NCBI GenBank assembly: GCA_963709635.1
Contig: CAVPXA010000033.1
Location: forward strand, 6,558-70,557
Source of the DNA: an uncultured Thermoleophilia bacterium
GTDB lineage: Bacteria; Actinomycetota; Thermoleophilia; UBA2241
DNA: 64,000 nucleotides
Reading direction: 5' to 3'
In this document: positions 10,296 to 19,502 of the stretch, in pieces
Position numbering within the stretch: the stretch's first letter is position 1
How the letters are laid out: each line of letters begins with the position of its first letter
Notes under the pieces: model-generated
What the model was told of the DNA's origin: nothing
The model's database searches: none
Seen by the model: the letters and a program-made list of their open reading frames with translations, nothing else
Made by a program: the position numbers and the translations under genes

Positions 10296-11063
10296 TCAGG
10301 CCAGCGAGCCTCCGCGCGCCTTGCGCAGGCCGGCGAGGAACCCCTTGCCGAAGTAGCTGTCGTCCCCGAGCCCGCAGAGCCGCTCGTACATCGGCAGGGT
10401 GACGCTGAAGGCGAGCACGTCCGGCGGCAGGCCGTCGCGCATGGCGATGTCGGTGCCGCCGATCATGGCGTGCGCCCGCGAGAGGTCCGGGAACTGGACG
10501 ACGAGCTCCGAGCAGCCCGACCCGAACGGCACGCTCACCGGGTCGGGATCACCCCAGGCGTGGTGGTGGTACGCGCCGTGCTGGAGCACGCAGAGCTGGT
10601 CGGCGTTGACCCAGAAGGTGACCGACTTGAGGTACCCGGCCAGCTCCGGCTTGAGCGGCCCGACCAGCACGTTGGCGTGCTCGGGGTGGTAGGTCGGCGC
10701 GTTGTCGACCCAGTCCGCCATCAGGTCGCGGCTGGCGCGGAGCCCCTCGTCCTTCCAGAGGAAGTCGATGAAGTCGTCGCGCTCGCGCACCTGGATGCCG
10801 AACAGCGAGCGCCCGCAGCCGCCGCAGCCGTAGGCCTCGGCGGTCAGGTGCAGCGTCTGGCCCGCGACCCAGCGCTTGTAGTAGTTGAACAGGCACGGGC
10901 CGCGGCCGGCGCCCTTGGGAGGGGAGACCAGCGGCGCGAACGCCTCGGGGTCCGGAGCGTCGTACAGGCCGATGACGGGCGTGCGCAGGTCGAGCTCTCG
11001 CAGCAGACGCGACGAGTCGGGAAGGGCCGCGTGGGCGGGGGAGGGGTCGTGGTCGGCGGGCAT
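10296..11063 (-). CDS. Cys-containing protein, probably DUF169 family
   Basis: Intact 255-aa ORF with ATG 11063. Motifs GCGGCGRSLFG, PFGSGCSEL and IGGTDIAMRDGLPPDVLAFSVTLPMYERL resemble DUF169 as I remember it. The family call is tentative. Confidence 0.55.
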   Translation of the reverse strand: MPADHDPSPAHAALPDSSRLLRELDLRTPVIGLYDAPDPEAFAPLVSPPKGAGRGPCLFNYYKRWVAGQTLHLTAEAYGCGGCGRSLFGIQVRERDDFIDFLWKDEGLRASRDLMADWVDNAPTYHPEHANVLVGPLKPELAGYLKSVTFWVNADQLCVLQHGAYHHHAWGDPDPVSVPFGSGCSELVVQFPDLSRAHAMIGGTDIAMRDGLPPDVLAFSVTLPMYERLCGLGDDSYFGKGFLAGLRKARGGSLA

Positions 11064-11135
11064 GTGACCTCCGTCGGCATCTGGCCGCGAGCACGGCTCG
11101 GCGACACGGGCAGGGACGGACCTGATTCTACGTGG

Positions 11136-11300
11136 TCAGAACAGCCGGAGGAGCACGGATGCCGGCTGGCCGAAGTCGCGCGGCGGGGCGCTGGCGCCGC
11201 CCCAGTCGATGCACATGGTGATCCCCAGGGCGAACAACGTGACGGCCACCAGGGCGATCAGCAGGAGGATGACGGCGGCGTGACGACGGAGGGCGTACAT
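11136..11300 (-). CDS. possible 54-aa membrane peptide (hypothetical)
   Basis: ATG 11300 to TGA 11136, below the track cutoff. MYALRRHAAVILLLIALVAVTLFALGITMCIDWGGASAPPRDFGQPASVLLRLF has one clear TM helix. Same strand as its neighbours and GC3-biased. Confidence 0.35.
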   Translation of the reverse strand: MYALRRHAAVILLLIALVAVTLFALGITMCIDWGGASAPPRDFGQPASVLLRLF

Positions 11301-11344
11301 GACGCTGAGTCTGCCCGTGGAACGGCGCGGTCAGTCGTCGCGGC

Positions 11345-13971
11345 TCAGGCGACGCGGAACGCGGCGCGGCTGCCGGACTTGCCGGTGGTGATCTCGAGGC
11401 GCGCGTCGATGCGCTCCTTGAGCTCGCTGACGTGCGAGATGATGCCGACGAGGCGACCGTCGGCGCCCAGGCCGGTGAGCGTGGTCACGGCGAGGTCGAG
11501 CGCTTCGTCGTCCAACGAGCCGAAGCCCTCGTCGATGAAGACCGTCTCGAGGTGCTTGCCTCCGGCGTGCGCCTGCACCACCTCGGCGAGGCCGAGCGCG
11601 AGAGAGAGCGCGGCCATGAACGTCTCGCCGCCGGAGAGCGTCGCCACCGGCCGGGCGACGCCCGTCCAGGCGTCGTAGACCTCGAGATTGAGGCCGGCCG
11701 CGGCCTTGCCGCCGAACCTGCGCTCGGTGCGCTCGAGGCGGTAGCGTCCCCTGGTCATGAGGTGCAGCCGCTGGGAGGCGGCGACGAGCACGTCGTCGAG
11801 GAACGCGCCGAGCACGTACCGCTGGAACGAGAGATGGCGGGGGTTGTCGCCGTTGGCGACGTCGGCGAGGCGGCCGATGACCTCGTAGCGCTCGTGCACC
11901 GCGGCAGCCTCGCGCTCGAGCTCCTCGAGCCGCTCGAGCTGCCGGCCGGCGGTCTCGGCCGCCCTCGCCAGCTCCACGGCCGCCGTGCGGGCCGTGAGGG
12001 CCGTGGCGCCGGCGGTCAGGGCCTCGGACTCGAGCACCTCGAGATTCGGCGCAGCGACTCCCTCTGCTCGCTCGCGAGCGAGGCGCAGCCGCTCCGCGGC
12101 GCGCGCGGCTTCGTCGGCGTGCCCGGCGACTTGCGCGCGCAGATGGTCGACGGCGCCGGGCTCGCGACAGGCGCCGAGCCACTCGTCCTCGTCGCCGAAG
12201 CCGGCCTCGGCGAGCCGCTCGGCCAGCACGGTGCAGGCGTGGCCGACCTCGTCGTCGGCCTTGATCGACTCGTCGGCGGCGGTGGCCGCCGCGGCCGCGG
12301 CGGTGGCTGCGGCGGTGGCCGCCTGCTGCGCCGCCGCGACGGCTGTGCGGTGCGCCAGAGCCAGCGCCGACGAGCGCTCCTCCGCCGCCGCGATGGCGGC
12401 CTGCAGCGCGGCTGGGTCGTCGAACTCCTCCGGCGCGGCGCGGCGGCGCTCGTCCAGAAGTGCGCCCGAGGCGGCGGCGGCGCTCTCTGCGCCGAGCAGC
12501 GAGCGCGTGGCCTCGTCGCGGGCAGCCGACGCCGCCTCCGCCGCGGCTCGCAGCGCCTCGACCTCGTCCTGCGGCTGGGCACTCCGGCGGCAGTTCGGCA
12601 GGGGCGGGATGCTCCGTGGATCCACAGACGGGGCAGGGAGCGCCCTCCTGCAGCTCGCCGGCCAGCCGGCCGGCCTGCGCCTCGAGCCAGCGAGCCTCGG
12701 CCTGGGCGGCGCAGATCGCGCGCCGCCGTCCACAAGCGTTCGGCGGCCGTGGCGGCCTCGCGAGCCTGAGCCGCCGTCGCCGCCGACTGCTCGGCCGCGC
12801 GCTTGGCGGTGGCGAGGTCGCCGGTGGCTCCGACGAGCGCCTTGAGCCGGCGGACCTCGTCGGCCGCCGCCTCGCGCTCGGCGGCGGCCTCCTCGAGCTC
12901 GTCCAGCCGCACCTGGGCGGCAGCGGCCGCCTCGGAGGAGGCCAGCCTGCGCTCGTCGCACGCCCGGACGGCCGCCCGCCGCTCCTCGGCGGCTGCGCGG
13001 GCGGCGGCGACCCGCGCGTGGGCGGCCGCGACCGTGGAGGCCTGTTCGGCCGCCTGGAGCTCGGTGCGCGCGGCCGCGGCGCGCTCCGCGCGTGCCGCGA
13101 CGGCGGCGTCTGCGGCCTCGGCCGCCGCCAGCTCCGCGAGGTGCGCCTCGGCGTCTCTGCCGGCCTGCAGGCGCGCCTGCGCGGCGTCGCGCGCCTGCTC
13201 TGCCACGGCCGCGTGGCCGCCGGCCTCGTCGGCCTCCAGGGCCTGCCGGGCGCGGCGCTCGCTGAGGTCGTCGACGGTCTCGGCCTCCGCCTGTCGCAGC
13301 GCCTCGTCGCGCTTGTCGCGCAGCGTTCGCGCCTGGTCGCTCAGGCCCTTGGCCTTGCGCTTGAGCTCGGCTTCGAGGGCGGCGTAGTGCCCACTGTCGA
13401 ACAACGCCCGGAGGATCGACTCCCGCTCCCGGGAGTCGGCCTCCAGCAGCTTCTGGAACCTGCCCTGCGGCAGCATGACGACCTGGCGGAACTGCTCCGA
13501 GCGGAAGCCCAGCAGCTCCTCGGCCTTGGCGCCGACCTTGGTCCATCCGGTCTCGAGGGGTACGCCATCCTCCTCCAGGCCATGCTCGCCCTCCCGCAGC
13601 CGCCAGATGCCGGCGGTCTGGCCGTGGGTGGTGGTGCCCTCGCCCTTGAGCTTCGGGCGCTCCTGCTCGGGCTCGCGCACCGCCCGGTAGAGCCTGGAGC
13701 CGAGGGCGAAGTCGAACTCGATCCTCGTGAGCAACTGGGGGTCGGCGTGGTCGCTGCGCATGGACGCCCCCGAGCGCCCGCCCTCGTTCTCGGGGCCCCC
13801 GCTGGTGACGCCGTAGAGGGCGAACGACATGGCGTCGAGCACCGTGGTCTTGCCCGAGCCTGTGGGACCGGTGATGAGGAAGAAGCTCTTGCCGCCCAGC
13901 TCGGCGAAGTCGAGGACCTGCTCGCCGGCGTAAGGGCCGAACGCCTGCATGACGACGCGGAGGGGCCTCAT
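11345..13971 (-). pseudogene. sbcC: SbcC/Rad50-type DSB-repair ATPase, frame broken twice as written
   Basis: Walker A FLITGPTGSGKTT (ORF 12016..13971). Ala/Glu/Arg coiled coil. The zinc hook ELQEGAPCPVCGSTEHP is readable only in the third frame at ~12600-12715. Signature LSGGETFMAALSLALGL and TVFIDEGFGSLD (ORF 11345..14050). ATGA overlap with the sbcD stop at 13968-13971. Confidence 0.9.
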
Positions 13972-15159
13972 GCGGGCGCCTCGCGCCGCCGGCGCTCGAG
14001 CTCGTCGACGACGCCGGCGAGTGCGTCTCGCCGTGGCTCACCCAGCTCACCGTCGGTGACGTAGGAGAAGAACGCCTCGAACAGCTCGATGTCGGTGACC
14101 GACCCGGGGCGCGGGCGCTCAGCGCCGCCGGCGCCCGCGTGCACGTAGGCCGGCCGCTCGATGGCGAGCACGTTGGGGTACGCGGCGCGCAGGCGACCGA
14201 TGGGGTCGAAGAGCGCGCCGTCGTCGAGGAGCACGCCGAGGACGTAGTCGTCGCGGTGCGGGTCGCGCGGCCCGCGCTGGAGCAGCTCGGCCAGCGTGCC
14301 CTCGACGCGGCGCACGTCGCGGAGGGGGGAGAGGGCGACCTCCTCGACCGTGACGGCCGCCCTGCCGGCCGCGATCCGCCCCGCCTGACGCGCTGCCGGG
14401 CGGCCCGATCTCGACCACGCTCACCGACTTGGCGTGCGCGCTCTCGGCGAAGGAGTACTTGAGGAGCGACCCCGCGTAGCGGACCGTGGCGACGCCGCAG
14501 GCCTGAGGCCGATGGAGGTGGCCGAGCGCGACGTAGTCGAAGCCGTCGAACACGGAGACGGGCACCTGTTGCGCGCCGCCGACGCTGAGCGGCCGCTCGC
14601 TCTCGCTCTCGAGGCCGCCGGCGACGAAGGCGTGCGCCACGAGCACGTGACGCTCGTCCGGGTCCGCGGCCGCGAGAGCCCGGCGGACGCCTGCGGCCGT
14701 GACCGCCTGCTGGTCGTGGATGTCGTCGGCGCCGTACACGGCGCGCGCGACGGCGGGGTCGGCGAACGGCAGCGCGCTGATGCGCACCGGCCCGTGCTCG
14801 TCGCGCAGGACGAGGGGCGAGGCAGCCTGCGGCAGCTCGCCCACCACGTGCAGGCCGCGCTCGCGCAGCAGCCGGCCGGCGAAGCCCACCCGGGCCGCGC
14901 TGTCGTGGTTGCCGGCGATGGCGATGACGGGCACGCCGAGGTCGTCGACCAGACGCGTGAGCACGTCGTCGAGCAGGCTCACGGCCTCCGTGGGCGGCAC
15001 GGCGCGGTCGTAGAGGTCGCCGGCGACGATGACGGCCGCCGGCCTCACCTCCCGTGCGAGCTCGACCAACTGCTCGAGCACGTGCGCCTGGTCCTCGGTG
15101 AGGTGCTGGTTGTGGAACAGGCGGCCGAGATGCCAGTCGGCGGTGTGGATGAGCCTCAT
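13968..15159 (-). pseudogene. sbcD: SbcD/Mre11-type nuclease, frame broken once as written
   Basis: ATG 15159 (codon 49 of track ORF). Phosphoesterase motifs MRLIHTADWHLGR, VIVAGDLYD, AIAGNHD, VLVAHAFV and GHLH. The C-terminal 115 aa are in ORF 13968..14315 after a shift near 14380-14410. Confidence 0.9.
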
Positions 15160-15191
15160 GGCGCGGACCCTACCACAGCGCCCGGACGCCG

Positions 15192-15230
15192 CCCGGAGGC
15201 CTCCGGGCGACCCGCGACCCGAGGCCTCGG
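15192..15230. promoter_or_regulatory. two GAGGCCTC-core palindromes in the sbcD / DUF2779 divergent intergenic region
   Basis: CCCGGAGGCCTCCGGG (15192-15207, perfect 16-nt palindrome) and CCGAGGCCTCGG (15219-15230, perfect 12-nt palindrome), with centres 25 nt apart. Confidence 0.3.
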
Positions 15231-15266
15231 ACCTCCGGGCGGTCCCGCTCGAGGCGGCGGGATACA

Positions 15267-16667
15267 ATGGCCCGAGTGCGTACCTTCCGCCTCTCCAAGT
15301 CACGCATGAACGCCGGGTTGCAGTGCGGCAAACGCCTGTGGCTCGCCGTGCACCGCCCGGAGCTCGAGGCCTACAGCGCCGACACCCAGCGCCGCTTTGT
15401 GGCCGGGCATGGTGTCGGCGAGGTCGCGCGCGAACTCTACCCGGGGGGCGTGCTCATCGGCGAGGGCGTGCCGCTCAGCCAGGCGCTGCGCGAGACCGAA
15501 GAGGCGCTCGCGCAGCCGGGCGACGTCACGCTCTTCGAGGCCACGTTCCGTCACAAGGGCGTGCTGATCCGCGCCGACGTCCTCGAGCGGCGCGGCGGCC
15601 GCTGCCGCATGGTCGAGGTCAAGTCGGCGACGCGGCTCAAGGAGTACCACCTGCAGGACGTCGCCATCCAGGGCTGGGTGACGGAGGGCGCCGGTGTGCC
15701 GCTCGACGGGCTCAGCGTGGCGGTCATCGACACAGGCTACGTGTACCCCGGCGGCGACGACTACAGCGGCCTCCTGCGAGAGATCCCGGTGGCCGACCAG
15801 GCGCGGCCGCTCATGGCGCACATCCCGGGCTGGGTACGCGGCTTCAACGAGCTCCTCGCCGGGCCGCTGCCGGCCAGGCGCACCGGCCCGCAGTGCCGGC
15901 GCCCGTTCGAGTGCCCGTTCGTGGCCTTCTGCGAGGGCCAGGAGGGCAAGGTGCGCTGTGCGGCGGACGAGGAGCGCGACGCCGAAGGCGGCTGCGCGCT
16001 CCCGCCGGACCCGGCGCTCGGCCGCCTCGACCCCGCCGCCACGGCGTTCCTCGCCACGCTCGCGTACCCGCGGTACTACCTCGACTTCGAGACGGTGCAG
16101 TTCGCCGTGCCCGTGTGGGCCGGCACCTGCCCCTTCCAGCAGGTCGTCTTCCAGTGGTCGTGCCACGTGGAGGAGCGGCCCGGCGACGTGGACCACCGCG
16201 AGTTCCTCGACACCAGCGGCGAGACCCCGGTGCGCCGGGCCGCCGAAGCTCTGCTGGAGGCACTCGGCGACCGCGGCCCCATCTTCGTGTACCACGACTT
16301 CGAGAAGTGGCGCATCATGGAGCTGGCGCGGATGCTCCCCGACCTGGCGCCGGCGCTCGACGCCGTCGCCGGCCGGCTGGTCGACCTCCTCCGGCTCACG
16401 CGCGACCACTACCAGCACCCCGCGCTGGGCGGGTCGTACTCGCTCAAGACCGTGCTGCCCACCGTGGACGCGGAGCTCGACCACGCGCTGCTCGAGGAGG
16501 TCCAGGACGGCCTCTCGGCGCAGGCCGCCTACCACGAGGCGATCGACCCCGGGACGCCCGCGGAGCGCAAGGACGTGCTGCGGCGGTCCCTGCTCGAGTA
16601 CTGCGCCCTCGACACGCTGGCGCTGGTGCGCGTCGCCCACCGCTTCGCGGCGGCCGACGCGAGCTGA
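15267..16667 (+). CDS. DUF2779-type protein: Cas4-like Fe-S PD-(D/E)XK nuclease fused to a DEDD-like exonuclease fold
   Basis: Intact 466 aa. N-terminal Cys (LQCGKRLW) plus CRRPFECPFVAFC cluster and EVKS nuclease-like motif. C-terminal half has YYLDFET, YHDFEKW and CALDTLA acidic motifs. The real start may be GTG 15276, because ATG 15267 overlaps a TACAAT box. Confidence 0.7.
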   Translation: MARVRTFRLSKSRMNAGLQCGKRLWLAVHRPELEAYSADTQRRFVAGHGVGEVARELYPGGVLIGEGVPLSQALRETEEALAQPGDVTLFEATFRHKGVLIRADVLERRGGRCRMVEVKSATRLKEYHLQDVAIQGWVTEGAGVPLDGLSVAVIDTGYVYPGGDDYSGLLREIPVADQARPLMAHIPGWVRGFNELLAGPLPARRTGPQCRRPFECPFVAFCEGQEGKVRCAADEERDAEGGCALPPDPALGRLDPAATAFLATLAYPRYYLDFETVQFAVPVWAGTCPFQQVVFQWSCHVEERPGDVDHREFLDTSGETPVRRAAEALLEALGDRGPIFVYHDFEKWRIMELARMLPDLAPALDAVAGRLVDLLRLTRDHYQHPALGGSYSLKTVLPTVDAELDHALLEEVQDGLSAQAAYHEAIDPGTPAERKDVLRRSLLEYCALDTLALVRVAHRFAAADAS

Positions 16668-16733
16668 CCGGCATCGACCGGATCCAAATGCCCGCCGCCG
16701 GCCGGCCGGCGAAGGTGGAAGGAGACTGACAGC

Positions 16734-17312
16734 ATGAAGGTCGTGGCGTTCAACGGCAGCGCGCGCAAAGACGGCAACACGGCCGTCCTGGTGCGCCGGG
16801 TGTTCGCGGAGCTCGAGGCGGAAGGCATCGAGACCGAGCTCGTGCAGCTGTACAACAAGAGGCTTCGCGGCTGCATCGCCTGCCTCAAGTGCGCCGAGAC
16901 CGCGGACAGCACGTGTCCCGGCCAGAAGGACGACGGCGTCAACGCCTGCATCGCGAAGATGGTGGAGGCGGACGGCATCATCATCGCGTCGCCGACCTAC
17001 TACGCGAACTGCACGGCGACGACGCAGGCGCTGCTCGAGCGCGCCGGGTACGCGACGCGCAAGAGCGGCAACCCGCTGGCGCGCAAGGTGGGCGCCGCCG
17101 TGGTCGCCGTCAGGCGCGGCGGCGCGATCCACGCGTTCGACAGCATCAACCACTGGTTCCAGATCAACGAGATGCTCGTCGTGGGCTCGAGCTACTGGAA
17201 CATCGGCATCGGCCTGGACAAGGGCGACGTCGAGAACGACGCCGAGGGCATCGAGACGATGGCGACGCTCGGCCGGAACATGGCCTGGGCGCTCAAGAAG
17301 CTCAACGCCTGA
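16734..17312 (+). CDS. iron-sulfur flavoprotein / NADPH-dependent FMN reductase family
   Basis: MKVVAFNGSARKDGNT flavodoxin-like start. Compact Cys motif CIACLKCAETADSTC. GGAAGGAG SD upstream. Confidence 0.8.
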   Translation: MKVVAFNGSARKDGNTAVLVRRVFAELEAEGIETELVQLYNKRLRGCIACLKCAETADSTCPGQKDDGVNACIAKMVEADGIIIASPTYYANCTATTQALLERAGYATRKSGNPLARKVGAAVVAVRRGGAIHAFDSINHWFQINEMLVVGSSYWNIGIGLDKGDVENDAEGIETMATLGRNMAWALKKLNA

Positions 17313-17409
17313 TCACGCAGGAGCGCCGTCCCTGCTTCACCGGTCGGCTCCCGGGGAAGCATCAGTCCGGACACGTTTAGAGCATCCGGACCGCCGAAAG
17401 GAGGCGCGC

Positions 17410-17976
17410 GTGAAGGTCGTGGCGTTCGACGGCGGCAGGTACCGGCAGGGACCCGTGGGGACGCGCCTGCAGCTGCTCATCGACGCGCTCGCCGCGGAGG
17501 GCGTGGAGGCCGAGCTGCTCTGGCTCGAGAGGGACCGCCGCACCGGCTGCACCATGTGCGCACAGTGCGGTCACCGAACGGGCTACGTGCTTTGCTCGCG
17601 CCCCTCGGAGGACGGGCTGCGACGGTGCACGCGCAAGATCAAGGCCGCCGACGCACTGGTCGTCGGCACTCCCGTCTACACCGTGCGTCCCAGCCCCTCC
17701 ACGCAGGAGTTGCTGAACCGGCTCGACCACGACTGGCTGGAGCGCGACGACCGCCGCCTGGCCGGCAAGCTCGCGGCCGTGGTGGTCGACCCCCGGAGCG
17801 ACGGCGCCGAGGTGGTGGCCGCGGCCGTCGCCGACAGGCTGCGCGCGCGAGGCATGACGCTGGTCGCGCCCGAGACCCTGCCGGACGGGGCCGCCGGCGA
17901 GGAGGCCTCGGCCGGCGACGCGATGACCGCCCTGGCGCGGGCGCTCGCGGCGGCGCTCACGCGCGCCTCGGCGTAG
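17410..17976 (+). CDS. iron-sulfur flavoprotein-like paralog
   Basis: GTG start after AAAGGAGG. MKVVAFDGG.., Cys motif CTMCAQCGHRTGYVLC, and the same fold pattern as the upstream gene (ADALVVGTPVY). Confidence 0.7.
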   Translation: MKVVAFDGGRYRQGPVGTRLQLLIDALAAEGVEAELLWLERDRRTGCTMCAQCGHRTGYVLCSRPSEDGLRRCTRKIKAADALVVGTPVYTVRPSPSTQELLNRLDHDWLERDDRRLAGKLAAVVVDPRSDGAEVVAAAVADRLRARGMTLVAPETLPDGAAGEEASAGDAMTALARALAAALTRASA

Positions 17977-18029
17977 CCTCCGTACGTACCGGGGCCCGGA
18001 GGCCTTCTCGACCCCCGGGCCCTCGGGTC

Positions 18030-18710
18030 TCAGCTACTGCTCTTGGGCAGGTACGGGATGAGCCAGTCGATGAACGCGCGCTCGTTGCGGGTCTGCATGA
18101 AGAAGGTGCCGGGGCCGGTCAGGGTGGCCACGAAGCCCTCGCCGGAGAAGAACAGCGACTTGTAGCCGCCGACCTTCTGGATCTGGATCGGCATCGCCTC
18201 GTGCCAGGCGACGAGGTGGCCGCTGTCCACGACGTACTGCTGGCCGGCTTGCAGGTCCACGCGGCGGAGCGCGCCGTACGTGGCGAAGATGACCTTGCCG
18301 CTGCCGGCGCACTTGACGACGAAGAACGACGAGGCGCCGAACGCCCCCTTGAGGCCGCCCCACTTGGTGTCGAGGTCGATGCCCATCTCGCAGGCGACGA
18401 AGCCGTCGCGGTGGTAGAGCCAGGTGTCGCCCTGCTGGTCGATGTACGACATGTCGCCGGGCAGTGGGTGGGACAGGATGAGCTCGCCGCCGCCGGCCGG
18501 CGCCGTGAACGTGTTCATGAAGAACGACTCGCCGGAGAGCGACCGCTTGAGCCCCTTGAGGATGCCGCCCTGGGTGGAGGTCTCGATCTGGGTGCCGGCC
18601 GTCATGCTGAGCATCGCGCCGCCCTCGCAGCGGACCGTCTCGCCCGCCGTGAGCTTGGTCACGGCCACGGTGAACGCGGGGCCGTTCTGGAACTCGACTT
18701 CCATGTGCAT
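18030..18710 (-). CDS. AIM24 / DUF124 (TIGR00266) family protein
   Basis: ATG 18710 (codon 19 of track ORF) with GAGGAGGA upstream. Typical beta-rich pattern GGAMLSMTAG..GGILKGLKRSLSGESFFMNTF..GDMSYI..DGFVACE..VVDSGHLVAW. Confidence 0.75.
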   Translation of the reverse strand: MHMEVEFQNGPAFTVAVTKLTAGETVRCEGGAMLSMTAGTQIETSTQGGILKGLKRSLSGESFFMNTFTAPAGGGELILSHPLPGDMSYIDQQGDTWLYHRDGFVACEMGIDLDTKWGGLKGAFGASSFFVVKCAGSGKVIFATYGALRRVDLQAGQQYVVDSGHLVAWHEAMPIQIQKVGGYKSLFFSGEGFVATLTGPGTFFMQTRNERAFIDWLIPYLPKSSS

Positions 18711-18852
18711 CCTCCTCGGGTGATCGCCGCGGCGTCCGGTGGCCGCACAGCGTTCATCGGCCACCGTACCCGCGCGCCTTGAGCGACAGACACGTTCGCC
18801 CTGAGGGTACCGGTCCCTGCGCGGCGGCGCGCTTTGCCCCTGCGCGCCGGAG

Positions 18853-18893
18853 TGGCATACTCACACCCGGGCGCCCGCGCACGCGGGCGCCCG
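18853..18893 (+). promoter_or_regulatory. extended -10 (TGgCATACT) followed by a 12-bp-arm perfect palindrome
   Basis: TG 18853-18854 plus CATACT 18856-18861. CGGGCGCCCGCG-CA-CGCGGGCGCCCG at 18868-18893, just upstream of the 38-aa ORF. Confidence 0.3.
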
Positions 18894-18921
18894 TCCGGCA
18901 CACACGACGACGGAGGCACAC

Positions 18922-19038
18922 GTGGGCGCGTTCTTCAAAGGTCTGTTCCAGACCCTGGCGTTCATGGTCGTGGTCATCGTCGTCCTCTTCGGCATCTTCA
19001 CGCTGGTCAGCTACCTGGCCGGGCCGGTCGGCGGCTGA
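18922..19038 (+). CDS. possible 38-aa membrane peptide (hypothetical)
   Basis: GTG 18922 with GGAGG 6 nt upstream. VGAFFKGLFQTLAFMVVVIVVLFGIFTLVSYLAGPVGG. Stop 19036-19038, 44 nt before the next membrane-protein gene. Confidence 0.4.
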   Translation: MGAFFKGLFQTLAFMVVVIVVLFGIFTLVSYLAGPVGG

Positions 19039-19082
19039 CGCCGGCGCGCGGCTCTGCCGGGCGCTGCACGAAAGGGAGTCGC

Positions 19083-19475
19083 GTGGCACGTTTCGTCGAA
19101 CGCAACCGGTACGACTGGTTCAGCACGATCTGGAAGCTCGCCATCTTCGTCGGCATCATCCTGCTGGCGATCCTCGTGGTGTATCCGTGGAAGGGCTTCT
19201 GGCCCATGTTCATCCTCATCCTCGCGGGGCTGTGGATGTACATCAGCCTGGTCTCGCGCACCTCGGGCTACCTGTGCGCCAAGTGCGGCAAGGCGTTCCA
19301 GGTGCCGACCACGGTGAACTTCTTCACCCAGTCTGCGGTCGGCAAGAACCCCGACGGTACGTACTACAGCTACAAGAAGCTCACGTGCCCGCACTGCGGC
19401 CAGATGAGCAAGGCGCGCGTCGTCAAGCGCGTCGGCGCCAAGCAGGCCCAGGGCAGCGGCAGGCTGCTCAAGTAG
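19083..19475 (+). CDS. two-TM membrane protein with C-terminal CxxC...CxxC zinc ribbon (hypothetical)
   Basis: GTG 19083 within track ORF 18834..19475. TM helices WKLAIFVGIILLAILVVY and MFILILAGLWMYISLV, then CAKCG...CPHCG. Confidence 0.65.
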   Translation: MARFVERNRYDWFSTIWKLAIFVGIILLAILVVYPWKGFWPMFILILAGLWMYISLVSRTSGYLCAKCGKAFQVPTTVNFFTQSAVGKNPDGTYYSYKKLTCPHCGQMSKARVVKRVGAKQAQGSGRLLK

Positions 19476-19502
19476 CGGCCGCAGCCTTCCCGGGGCGGGT
19501 GC

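Noticed and set aside
12200-13300. Apparent GC-rich tandem repeats (GCC/GCG periodicity), considered as CRISPR or a tandem-repeat array; also ~29400-29530
   Set aside because: They are Ala/Glu/Arg-rich coiled-coil coding sequence of sbcC and an Ala/Ser/Gly insert of the RND gene. There is no repeat-spacer regularity and no cas genes.
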